Source: Candidatus Caldarchaeales archaeon (GTDB taxonomy: Archaea; Thermoproteota; Nitrososphaeria_A; Caldarchaeales; Calditenuaceae). From it: a stretch of DNA of 64,000 nt. The stretch is taken from the NCBI GenBank assembly GCA_039630085.1, contig JBCNVM010000005.1, positions 36,587 through 100,586 of the forward strand. Reading direction: 5' to 3'. Position 1 is the stretch's first letter. Every line of letters begins with the position of its first letter. The notes under the pieces are model-generated. The model did no database searches and had not been told where the DNA came from. It worked only from the letters and a program-made list of their open reading frames with translations. Below are positions 1 to 8,303 of this stretch, piece by piece. The translations under genes and the position numbers were made by a program.

Positions 1-101
1 AAAGGCCGGTATACTTGACCTGGCTATACGACCGGGGCCTCGGCCGCAAATCCGTGCGCGTTCTAATAAAGGATTTTAACCGCGTCGACGAATTATGCTC
101 G

Positions 102-1679
102 ATGTCCGGTCAGCAGAAGATCACGTACGTGACCCTGTTCGCGGATCCGACGATCCACCCGAACTTCGAGAGCGCGCTGAAGGAGGTCGAGAGGAAGTAC
201 CTAGGGAAGAGCTACCCGCTGTACATCGGCGAGCAGGAGGTCTGGACCGGCGACGAGTTCGAGGACCGGAGCCCGATAGACACGAGCGTGCTGGTCGCGA
301 GGTTCCAGAGGGCGAGGAGGGAGCACATCGCGAGGGCGATCGAGGTCGCGGACAGGGCCTTCGAGGGTTGGTCGGAGCTGGACTGGAGGGAGAGGGTCAA
401 GGTGATGGAGAGGGCGGCGCAGCTGATCGACGAGAGGAAGTTCGAGATAGCCGCGGTGATCACCTACGAGGTCGGGAAGAACAGGCTCGAGGCGCTGGCG
501 GAGTGCTGGGAGGCGATCGACGCGATCAGGTACTACTGCAGGGTGATGGAGGAGAACGACGGCTACCAGAGGGACCTAGGGCCCGGCGCTCCGGGTGAGA
601 TCTGCAAGATGGTCGCGAGGCCCTACGGAGCCTGGGTCGTGATATCGCCGTTCAACTTCCCGTTCATGCTCGCGAACGGGATGATCCTCGGTGCCCTCAT
701 CACGGGGAACACGGTCGTCTTCAAGCCGACCAGCGAGGCCCCGCTAGCAGGACTGCTGCTCTACAGGGTCTTCAGGGACGCGGGAGTTCCGCCCGGAGCG
801 ATCAACTTCCTGACGGGGCCCGGCGACGTCTTCGAGGAGGAGGTGACGACGAACCCGAAGGTCGCGGGGATAGCCTTCACCGGGTCTAAGGACGTCGGCA
901 TGAGGCTCTACAGGAGGTTCCTAACCAGCCAGCCGTACCCGAAGCCGATCGTCCTCGAGATGGGGAGCAAGAACCCGACGATCGTGACCGACAAGGCCGA
1001 CATCGGTAAGGCCGTGACCGGAGTGATAAGGGCCGCGTTCGGGTACGGGGGCCAGAAGTGCTCCGCGACCTCGAGGCTCTACGTCCACGAGCGGATCTAC
1101 GACCGGTTCGTCGAGGAGCTGGTCAGGGAGACCTCGAGGCTGAGGGTAGGGGACCCGAGGGAAAGGGAGACCTTCATGGGTCCGGTGATCAACAGGAGGG
1201 CCGTCGAGAACTTCAGGGCATACGTCGACGAGGCGAGGAGGGCCGGAGGTCAGGTGCTCTACGGGGGCGAGGTGCTTGGCGGGGAGCCCTACGACCGGGG
1301 CTTCTACGTCCAGCCAACGATCATCGCAGACGTCCCGCACGGTCACAGGCTCTGGAAGGAGGAGCTCTTCCTCCCGATCCTGCTGGTTGCGAAGTTCAGG
1401 GCCCTCGACGAGGCGATAAGCGCCGCGAACGACACCGAGTACGGCCTCACCGCCGGCGTCTTCTCCGAGGACAAGGCCGAGGTCGAGAGGTTCTTCTCGA
1501 GGATCCAGTTCGGCGTCTGCTACGCGAACAGGAGGGGCGGGTCGACTACCGGCGCGTGGCCCGGAGCCCAGACGTTCGTCGGGTGGAAGGCGAGCGGCGC
1601 GACCGGGAAGGGCGTCGGAGGGCCCCACTACCTGCTGACCTTCCTGAGGGAGCAGTCCAGGACGGTCGTCGTCGAGTGA
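102..1679 (+). CDS. Aldehyde dehydrogenase family protein (1-pyrroline-5-carboxylate dehydrogenase-like)
   Basis: ALDH motifs ISPFNFP, FTGS, LEMGSKNP, catalytic GQKCSA, EELFLP. Start moved from the track's 15 to ATG 102 (MSGQQK). Confidence 0.88.
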   Translation: MSGQQKITYVTLFADPTIHPNFESALKEVERKYLGKSYPLYIGEQEVWTGDEFEDRSPIDTSVLVARFQRARREHIARAIEVADRAFEGWSELDWRERVKVMERAAQLIDERKFEIAAVITYEVGKNRLEALAECWEAIDAIRYYCRVMEENDGYQRDLGPGAPGEICKMVARPYGAWVVISPFNFPFMLANGMILGALITGNTVVFKPTSEAPLAGLLLYRVFRDAGVPPGAINFLTGPGDVFEEEVTTNPKVAGIAFTGSKDVGMRLYRRFLTSQPYPKPIVLEMGSKNPTIVTDKADIGKAVTGVIRAAFGYGGQKCSATSRLYVHERIYDRFVEELVRETSRLRVGDPRERETFMGPVINRRAVENFRAYVDEARRAGGQVLYGGEVLGGEPYDRGFYVQPTIIADVPHGHRLWKEELFLPILLVAKFRALDEAISAANDTEYGLTAGVFSEDKAEVERFFSRIQFGVCYANRRGGSTTGAWPGAQTFVGWKASGATGKGVGGPHYLLTFLREQSRTVVVE

Positions 1680-1740
1680 CCGGGGCAGACAGCAAACGTA
1701 GTCCTACCGACGCGGCGATCGGAGTCCCCCGCTCACGCTT

Positions 1741-2154
1741 ATGTGGTTTGATCCCTCTAGTTTTGCGGTGGCGGTCTGGGAGAGGTGGCTCGCAAAGGCG
1801 AGGCTCTTCGCTAGGTACGCTGAGGACAACTTCAGGGAGGCGAGGTACGACGCGGCGGCGTTCTACGCTCAGCAGGCCGCCGAGGTGCTTTTGATAGGGA
1901 TACTCCTTAAGAGGACGGGCGCGAGGCCCTACACCCATTCTCTGACCGAGATGTTGGGCGCGTTGGGCCGGATACACGGTAGAGAGGTCCCGAGAGGCGT
2001 GCTGATCTCGGCCGCGAAGCTCGAGAGGCACTATCTGGCTTCGAGGTATCCCGACGCGGGGGCCGTCGAGTACAGCGAGTGGGAGGCCGAGGAGGCCCTG
2101 AGGTGCATGAGGGAGGTGCTGGAGTTTGTCCGAAGCTTGGGTGAAGATTTCTAG
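1741..2154 (+). CDS. HEPN-domain protein (HEPN/MNT toxin-antitoxin-like pair)
   Basis: A.FYAQQAAE, THSL and terminal Y..SRYPD motifs of the archaeal HEPN family; overlaps the downstream nucleotidyltransferase. Start could be GTG 1768. Confidence 0.85.
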   Translation: MWFDPSSFAVAVWERWLAKARLFARYAEDNFREARYDAAAFYAQQAAEVLLIGILLKRTGARPYTHSLTEMLGALGRIHGREVPRGVLISAAKLERHYLASRYPDAGAVEYSEWEAEEALRCMREVLEFVRSLGEDF

Positions 2155-2533
2155 GGAGCTCGCGCGGGAGAAGGAGGAGAGGTTTAGGAGGATACTCGAG
2201 GGCCTCTGTCGTGACTCGCTGTTGGTCGTCCTCTTCGGGTCTAGGGCCCGTGGCGAGGAGACGCCCCTCAGCGACTACGACCTGCTGGTCGTCAAACGCG
2301 AACGCGAAGGGGATCGGTTCTCGATCGAGTGGTCCGCGCAGCTCTTCGTCTTCGGCCTGTCAGAGATGCGGGAGGAGATCGCGAACCTGAACGCGGTCGT
2401 CCTCGACGCGTTGACGGAGGGCAAGCTCCTGTGCGGCGACATCGAGGTCTTCGAGGCGCTCCGACGCGAGGCTCTCGAGACGATCGAACGGAGGAGGATC
2501 AGAAAGACGGCGTCCGGCTGGTTCCCTGTGTAA
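2126..2533 (+). CDS. Minimal nucleotidyltransferase (MNT)
   Basis: LFGSRARGE..SDYDLLVV Pol-beta motif; 135 aa; coupled to the HEPN gene. Confidence 0.88.
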   Translation: MSEAWVKISRELAREKEERFRRILEGLCRDSLLVVLFGSRARGEETPLSDYDLLVVKREREGDRFSIEWSAQLFVFGLSEMREEIANLNAVVLDALTEGKLLCGDIEVFEALRREALETIERRRIRKTASGWFPV

Positions 2534-2665
2534 GTGGCCGCGTGGCGCGCCGCGGTCTCGCAAATCACTCGCGAATGAGCGCAGGTCGGAGCTGTAGCGT
2601 GATAAGTGCCTCCGATCCGGTGCTCCGTCGAGTTTTTACACTCGCTGCCGCAGCGGATCGAGGAG

Positions 2666-3298
2666 TTGCCGGGGAAGCGCGAGCTCGAGAGGGCGGCCCT
2701 CAGGAGGGCCTCGGGGTGGCTCGTCGACGCGATGGTCAGGAGGAGGGTCTCGCCGTTCGCGCTGACCTACTCGGCGTTCGGGCTCGCGGCCATCGCTGCA
2801 TCGATGTTCGCGCTCCACCGGACGTGGGCCTGGCTCGTCCCCCTTGGTGGGCTCGTGTACCTGGCATCGGGGCTATTGGACGCGCTGGACGGCGAGGTCG
2901 CGAGGAGAGTCGGGAGGGCCACCTCGAGGGGCGCCTTCGAGGACTCGGTGCTCGACAAGTTCGGGGAGGCCGCGGTCTCCGTCGGGCTGTTGCTGGGGCC
3001 TGCGGGAGGGCTGGAAGCACTGCTCTTCGCGACCGGGTCGCTGCTGGTGAGCTACGCGAGGGCTCGTGCGGAGTCCCTGGGGGTGGAGCTGGCGGGCGTC
3101 GGGGTCGCAGAGAGGGCGGAGCGGACGGTCGGCCTGTTCGTGGGGACGCTGATCTACCCCTTCTGGGACATCGGGTTGAGCCTCGCCCTCGCGTTCGTCG
3201 GCGTCGCGGCGTACGCTACGGCAGCCCACAGGTTCGTCGTCGCGTCGAGGGCCCTCGCGGTGCGGGACGCTCAGTCACTCGGCGCCGGGCGTAGATAG
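2666..3298 (+). CDS. CDP-alcohol phosphatidyltransferase (archaetidylinositol-phosphate synthase-like)
   Basis: D.LDG..AR....T.RGA..DS..D motif and SYARARAES; TTG 2666 is preceded by GAGGAG. Confidence 0.88.
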   Translation: MPGKRELERAALRRASGWLVDAMVRRRVSPFALTYSAFGLAAIAASMFALHRTWAWLVPLGGLVYLASGLLDALDGEVARRVGRATSRGAFEDSVLDKFGEAAVSVGLLLGPAGGLEALLFATGSLLVSYARARAESLGVELAGVGVAERAERTVGLFVGTLIYPFWDIGLSLALAFVGVAAYATAAHRFVVASRALAVRDAQSLGAGRR

Positions 3299-4375
3299 GG
3301 CCTCCCTGAACTCGCGGAGGAACCGGTCGTTATCGCGCCTCGAGCAGACCGTGACCCTGATGCAGCCCCTCAGGTAAGGGTTCCCCTCGAAGCTCCTCAC
3401 GACGATGCCCCTCCGAAGGAGCGAGCGCTTCACCTCTGAGGCGTCGCGGTCGTGGAGCCTGACCAAAAGGAAGTTCGCGGAGGACGGATAGACGCGGACC
3501 CCTCCGAGCCCAGAGAGCTCCGACCTGAGCCTCTCCCTCTCCCCCACGATCCTCTCGACGTCCCTCCTCACGTAGCCGTGGTTCCTGAGCGCGATCGCCC
3601 CGCACCTCGCGTTGACCGAGCCGATGCTGTTGGGAGGCCTGGCCTTGTTCAGCTCCCTCACGACCGACTCGTTCGCGACAAGGTAGCCTATCCTGATCCC
3701 CGCGAGCCCGAAGGCCTTCGAGAGGGTCCTTATCACGCAGAGGTTCTCGTACCTCGAGAGGAGCCTCACCGCTGTCCTCCCGGAGAACTCGTGGTAGGCC
3801 TCGTCGACGACGACCAGCGCCTCCGTCTCGCCGCAGACCCTCTCTATCGTCCCCTCCTCGAGCCCGTTCCCGGTGGGGTTGTTGGGGTCGCAGAGCCAGA
3901 CCACGGATGTGCTCCTGTCGCAGGCCCTCAGCAGGGAGTCGACGTCCTCCCGGAAGTCCTCGAGCCTCGGCACGCCCCTGAACTCGGCCCCCTGCAGCTC
4001 TGTCGCGACCCTGAAGTACGAGTAGGTCGGGACCGGAGAGGTCGCGCTCCTCCCCCTCGTGAGGAAGGCCCTCGAGACGATGTCGATCGCCTCGTCGGCG
4101 CCGTTGGTCGGCACGATCTGCTCAGAATCCCAGTTCACGTACTCGGCCATCGCCTCCCTCAACTCCCTGTAGCTCGTGTCGGGGTACTGGTTGACTTCGA
4201 TCCCGTCCAGCTCCGACCTCAGCCTCCTCATCACCGCCGACGGTCTGTACGGCGAGACGTTGGTGTCCATCCTCACGACGTCCTCGGGCCTCAGGCCGTA
4301 GGTCCTCGCGATCTCCTCGGTCGAGGGCTCCCACGCGTACGGCTCGAACTCCGCCAGGTCCTCCCGCGGCCTCAC
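3275..4375 (-). CDS. hisC: Histidinol-phosphate aminotransferase
   Basis: NQYPD, NGADEAI, PNNPTG, DEAY, RTLSKAFGLAGIRIGY. Confidence 0.9.
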   Translation of the reverse strand: MRPREDLAEFEPYAWEPSTEEIARTYGLRPEDVVRMDTNVSPYRPSAVMRRLRSELDGIEVNQYPDTSYRELREAMAEYVNWDSEQIVPTNGADEAIDIVSRAFLTRGRSATSPVPTYSYFRVATELQGAEFRGVPRLEDFREDVDSLLRACDRSTSVVWLCDPNNPTGNGLEEGTIERVCGETEALVVVDEAYHEFSGRTAVRLLSRYENLCVIRTLSKAFGLAGIRIGYLVANESVVRELNKARPPNSIGSVNARCGAIALRNHGYVRRDVERIVGERERLRSELSGLGGVRVYPSSANFLLVRLHDRDASEVKRSLLRRGIVVRSFEGNPYLRGCIRVTVCSRRDNDRFLREFREALSTPGAE

Positions 4376-4445
4376 GCGGCTCGAGGGGCACTGGGACGTG
4401 ATAAGCCCAACCGCCGACGTCTGGCCGGCTCCCGTTTTTCAACAC

Positions 4446-4452
4446 TTAAATA
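4446..4452 (+). promoter_or_regulatory. Probable TATA box for the rpl21e-rpo4-DUF655 operon
   Basis: TTAAATA in an AT-rich patch about 37 nt upstream of the inferred CTG start. Confidence 0.55.
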
Positions 4453-4488
4453 CACTGAGGGGACGGGTTCTGGATCGGGTGGAAAGGT

Positions 4489-4782
4489 CTGGCGCGGCAT
4501 CACGGTTACAGGTACCGGACGAGGACGCTCCTCACGAGGCCCGTCGGGTCGAGGATGGGGCCTAGGCCCGAGGTCTACCTGTTCGACTACCCCGTGGGCA
4601 GCAAGGTCGTGATCGCCTCCGACCCCATGGTCCACAAGTCGCTCCCCCACAAGAGGTTCCACGGCAAGGTGGGGACCGTCGTGGGGCGGAGGGGCAGGGG
4701 CTACGAGGTCGAGGTCTACTTCGGTTCCAAGAGGAAGCTGCTCTACGTCCTGCCGGACCACCTTATGCCCCACGCGGGCTAG
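4489..4782 (+). CDS. rpl21e: 50S ribosomal protein L21e (eL21), probable CTG start
   Basis: PHKRFHGKVGTVVG motif; the conserved N-terminus ARHHGYRYRTR lies in frame upstream of ATG 4555; archaeal rpl21e-rpo4-DUF655 synteny. Confidence 0.92.
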   Translation: MARHHGYRYRTRTLLTRPVGSRMGPRPEVYLFDYPVGSKVVIASDPMVHKSLPHKRFHGKVGTVVGRRGRGYEVEVYFGSKRKLLYVLPDHLMPHAG

Positions 4783-4792
4783 GTGAACTCGC

Positions 4793-5158
4793 TTGCCGAG
4801 GCGCGTGCTATCGATGAAGCCGCTCTCGATACCCGAGGTGAAGGAGCTGCTGGAGGGGAGCCCGAGGAGCAGGTCGCCGATGGTCCAGAGGGTCTACGGC
4901 TACGTCTCGAGCTACTCGAAGCTCAGCCCAGGGGCCGCGAGGGCCCTGAAGGAGGAGCTGATGCGGGACCACGGCCTCGACGAGCTGGAGGCGACTCAGG
5001 TCGTGAACGTCTGCCCGACGACCGTCGAGGAGCTCAGGTCTGTCCTCTCCGGACACAAGAGGCTGCTACTGACGGTCCTCGCTGACGAGGAGAAGCTCAG
5101 GAGGATCGTCGAGGCGGTCAGGGGGCACGCGGGCTCCGACCGAAGGTCCGAGGACTGA
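4793..5158 (+). CDS. rpo4: RNA polymerase subunit Rpo4 (RpoF)
   Basis: LSIPEVKELL ... Y...YSKL ... VVNVCPTTVEELRSVL; synteny with rpl21e. Confidence 0.88.
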   Translation: MPRRVLSMKPLSIPEVKELLEGSPRSRSPMVQRVYGYVSSYSKLSPGAARALKEELMRDHGLDELEATQVVNVCPTTVEELRSVLSGHKRLLLTVLADEEKLRRIVEAVRGHAGSDRRSED

Positions 5159-5159
5159 C

Positions 5160-5741
5160 ATGCGGGAGTTCGAGCGCTGGAGGCCGAAGGTCTACGAGGA
5201 CGAGGCGATAGTCCTCGGGACCGAGCAGTCGAGGAGGGGCGGGAGGTACGGACACGCGAACGTCTTCTACCTCCTCGGGACCGAGCACTTCACGCTCCTC
5301 GAGGCGGCGGTCTCCCCCGAGCTGAGGCTCATCCCCGGAAACCTCCTCTACATCGGCAAGGACGCGCCCAGGGACATGGTCAGGATCATCAGGAGGGTCG
5401 GGTACCAGGACCTCCCCGAGATGGCGAGGCTCGAGCTCGAGAGGGCGGTCGAGAGGATAGTGGGCGAGAAGGAGGAGAAGTTCGTGAAGTTCTTCAACAC
5501 CTGCGGCCCCCTCACGCCGAGGCTCCACGCCCTCGAGGTGATCCCCGGGATCGGGAAGAAGACGATGCTTAAGGTCCTCGAGGAGAGGGAGAGGAAGCCC
5601 TTCGAGTCCTTCGAGGATATCGAGGCGAGGACGGGCCTGCAGGACGTCAAGGGGAGCGTCGTGAAGAGGATACTGCAGGAGCTCTCCGACCCAAACAACA
5701 GGTACTGGCTCTTCGCGAGGCCGCCGCACGTCGAGGCCTGA
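5160..5741 (+). CDS. DUF655 family putative nucleic-acid-binding protein
   Basis: FTLLE, FFN..GPLTPRLHALEVIPGIGKK, PFESFEDI; conserved position after rpo4. Confidence 0.88.
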   Translation: MREFERWRPKVYEDEAIVLGTEQSRRGGRYGHANVFYLLGTEHFTLLEAAVSPELRLIPGNLLYIGKDAPRDMVRIIRRVGYQDLPEMARLELERAVERIVGEKEEKFVKFFNTCGPLTPRLHALEVIPGIGKKTMLKVLEERERKPFESFEDIEARTGLQDVKGSVVKRILQELSDPNNRYWLFARPPHVEA

Positions 5742-5809
5742 CCCCGAGGAGCTAGATGCCTGGGGTTCGGGTCTCACGTAAATATTGCCCGGATCGGGAG
5801 CGGTTCGGG

Positions 5810-6562
5810 ATGAACGAGCTCGTGAGGATGGAGGACGTCTCCTTCGCCTACGCGAACTCCCGGAGCCCGGTCCTCCAGGGGATCAACGTCCACGTTAACT
5901 ACGCCGAGTTCGTGGGCATAGTCGGGCCGAGCGGGTGCGGCAAGTCGACGCTCCTCAGGCTCATGTCGGGCCTCCTCAAGCCCACGAGGGGCAGGGTGCT
6001 CTTCAGGGGCGAGCCTCTAGACGGCCCCAATCCCAGGATCTCGATGATGTTCCAGTCCCCGACGCTCCTGCCTTGGCTCACGGTGATCGACAACGTCACG
6101 CTCCCCCTCAGGGCTAGGAAGGACCTGACCGAGGAGGAGAAGGAGGAGCTTGGGATGAGGTTCCTCGACCTCACGGGGCTCTCAGGTTACGAGAGGGCCT
6201 ATCCCAGGGAGCTCAGCGGAGGGATGCAGCAGCGCGTGGCCCTCGCGAGGGCCCTCGTCAGCCTACCGGACCTCCTCCTCCTCGACGAGCCGTTCAGCAA
6301 CCTGGACCCGCTCACAGCGCTGGCCCTGATCAGGGAGATAGAGCACATGTGGTACGACTCCAGCCTGCCCCCGGCCTCGGTCGTGCTGGTCTCCCACAAC
6401 GTCGACGAGATAGTCCAGCTCTCTGACAGGATCCTCGTCCTCAAGGGAAGACCCGCGACCGTCGTCGCAGAGGTCAAGGTCGAGCTCGAGAGGCCGAGAG
6501 TCAGGAGGAGCCCGGAGTTCCTCAACATCGTCGACGAGGTTATTGTGCTTCTGGGGAACTAG
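5810..6562 (+). CDS. NitT/TauT-family ABC transporter ATP-binding protein
   Basis: GPSGCGKST, LLPWLTV, YPRELSGGMQQR, LLLDEPF, H-loop SHNVDE. Start ATG 5810. Confidence 0.9.
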   Translation: MNELVRMEDVSFAYANSRSPVLQGINVHVNYAEFVGIVGPSGCGKSTLLRLMSGLLKPTRGRVLFRGEPLDGPNPRISMMFQSPTLLPWLTVIDNVTLPLRARKDLTEEEKEELGMRFLDLTGLSGYERAYPRELSGGMQQRVALARALVSLPDLLLLDEPFSNLDPLTALALIREIEHMWYDSSLPPASVVLVSHNVDEIVQLSDRILVLKGRPATVVAEVKVELERPRVRRSPEFLNIVDEVIVLLGN

Positions 6563-7065
6563 GCCCTCGATCTTCTCGCCCTCCTGATCTTGAAGGAGGA
6601 GGACTCTCCGTCGTACTCGAGTATGCCGGTAGCGACAAGCCAGTCGATGATGAAGGAGTTCAGCCTCCTCAGCTGCTCCTCCTCGACCGAGCAGAGCCCG
6701 AGCCTCTCGTTGATCTCCTCGACCGAGAGCGGCGACTGGACCGAGGACAGAAGCGCGATGATCGACCTGAAGGGCTCGAGCCCCTGCACCAGCTCCCTCA
6801 GCATCCCCAGCTTCCCAGACATCCCCTTCCTGCTGAAGGCTTGGCCCTCCTTCGTGAGGATCAGGTCGCCGTTCGCGACCTCGACGAACCTCAGCGCCCT
6901 CGCGACGTCCGCGACCCTCAGGAGGTGCCCGGTCTCCATCCCGGTCTCCCTCGCTAGCCGATGCAGGTCTATCCGGCCTCCCCAGAGCACCAGGACCTCG
7001 ACCAGCCCCGCGATCATCGAGGGCGTCACGTCTATGGGGCAGCTCGGTTGCTCCTCTTCCGACAA
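6559..7065 (-). CDS. Stand-alone winged-helix protein resembling the C-terminal AAA-associated domain of NitT/TauT ATPases
   Basis: P..V....IAGLVEVL....GRIDL..LA ... A..L.FV....GDL.LT..G..F and terminal IDW....G.LEYD pattern. Confidence 0.7.
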   Translation of the reverse strand: MSEEEQPSCPIDVTPSMIAGLVEVLVLWGGRIDLHRLARETGMETGHLLRVADVARALRFVEVANGDLILTKEGQAFSRKGMSGKLGMLRELVQGLEPFRSIIALLSSVQSPLSVEEINERLGLCSVEEEQLRRLNSFIIDWLVATGILEYDGESSSFKIRRARRSRA

Positions 7066-7116
7066 CCCCTCAGGAGCCTTCCCGGCGTCCGCATAAAAAC
7101 CCTGACCCGGTTCTCA

Positions 7117-7124
7117 TTTAAATA
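7117..7124 (+). promoter_or_regulatory. TATA box upstream of rps9
   Basis: TTTAAATA about 25 nt before ATG 7149, which also has a GGAGG SD. Confidence 0.6.
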
Positions 7125-7148
7125 CAGACCGAGCTCGGTGACCGGAGG

Positions 7149-7565
7149 ATGGCGCAGGCTGCGAGGGCGGAGGCGCTCAGGACGGTCTTCGTGGGCAAGA
7201 GAAAGGAGGCGGTGGCGAGGCTGAAGGTCGAGCGGGGCTCGGGGAAGGTGATGGTGAACGGCACGCCGATCGAGCTCTGGGGGAACTGGATCGCGAGGGA
7301 GAAGGCGATGGCGCCGGTCAGAATCGCCGGCGAGGCCGCGGGCTCCTACGACTTCCACCTGAACGTCCAGGGAGGCGGGATTCTGGGCCAGGCCGACGCG
7401 ATCGCGATCGCGATCTCGAGGGCTCTGGCGGCGCTGAACCCGGAGCTGAGGAAGTCGGTCGAGTCCTACGACTACCACATGATCTCGGGTGACCCGAGGA
7501 GGACCGAGCCCAAGAAGCCCAACAGGAGGTCCGCGAGGAGGTTCAAGCAGAAGTCCTACAGGTGA
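7149..7565 (+). CDS. rps9: 30S ribosomal protein S9
   Basis: GKRKEAVAR, VQGGGILGQADA, DPRRTEPKK, ARRFKQKSYR. Confidence 0.97.
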   Translation: MAQAARAEALRTVFVGKRKEAVARLKVERGSGKVMVNGTPIELWGNWIAREKAMAPVRIAGEAAGSYDFHLNVQGGGILGQADAIAIAISRALAALNPELRKSVESYDYHMISGDPRRTEPKKPNRRSARRFKQKSYR

Positions 7566-7607
7566 AGCCCCGAGGCCTGAAGCGACCGAGCCGGAGCGGG
7601 CCGGAGC

Positions 7608-8291
7608 TTGACGAGGGTCGATCTTGTGATAGCTGAGGCCGCGATCGAGCTTGTGCCGAGGGAGCTCTGGAGGGAGCCCGACGTCGTCTCCTACTGCAGG
7701 AGGAGGAAGAAGGACGTCAGGTGGACGCTCCTCGACTCCTCCTACCACCACAGGGCGATGAGGGGGCTCAGCGACGGCCACAGGCGCGGTAGGCCTGACA
7801 TCGTCCACTTCGCGCTCCTCGAGGCCCTCGGCTCGCCGCTCAACCTCTCGGGGATGCTGGGCGTACACGTTCACACCTGGGACAACAGGTGGATCAGGGT
7901 GAACCCGGCGACGAGGCTCCCGAGGGTCTACGACCGGTTCAAGGGCCTGATCGAGCAGCTCTACAAGGAGGGAAGGGTCGCCTCCGGTGACGGGGCCGTC
8001 CTCCTCGAGATGGAGGAGTCGGACCTGAGGGGCGTGCTCGAAAGGCTCGGTCCGGGCACGAGGGTCCTCCTCCACGAGTCCGGGGACGACATGGAGGCTG
8101 CGATCGGAGCTGGGTCGGTTGGGGTAGACGACATGAAGCTGATCGTCGGCGGCTTCCCGCACGGCGACTTCAGCCGGGAGGTCCTCGAAGCGGCCGACAT
8201 TCGGCTAAGGGTCTCGAGCCACAGGCTCGACGCGTGGGTCGCAGTATCGAGGGCCCTCTGCCTCTTGGAGAGGCGCCTGCTGGGCCGCTGA
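7608..8291 (+). CDS. nep1: Nep1/Emg1 rRNA pseudouridine methyltransferase (SPOUT)
   Basis: LLDSSYH, RGRPDIVH, SPLN, RLPRVYDRFKGLIEQL, VGGFPHGDF. Confidence 0.92.
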   Translation: MTRVDLVIAEAAIELVPRELWREPDVVSYCRRRKKDVRWTLLDSSYHHRAMRGLSDGHRRGRPDIVHFALLEALGSPLNLSGMLGVHVHTWDNRWIRVNPATRLPRVYDRFKGLIEQLYKEGRVASGDGAVLLEMEESDLRGVLERLGPGTRVLLHESGDDMEAAIGAGSVGVDDMKLIVGGFPHGDFSREVLEAADIRLRVSSHRLDAWVAVSRALCLLERRLLGR

Positions 8292-8303
8292 GGAGGAGAG
8301 GGT

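Noticed and set aside
1741-2533. HEPN-MNT pair as a novel defence system
   Set aside because: Very common two-gene module in thermophilic archaea; nothing unusual seen.
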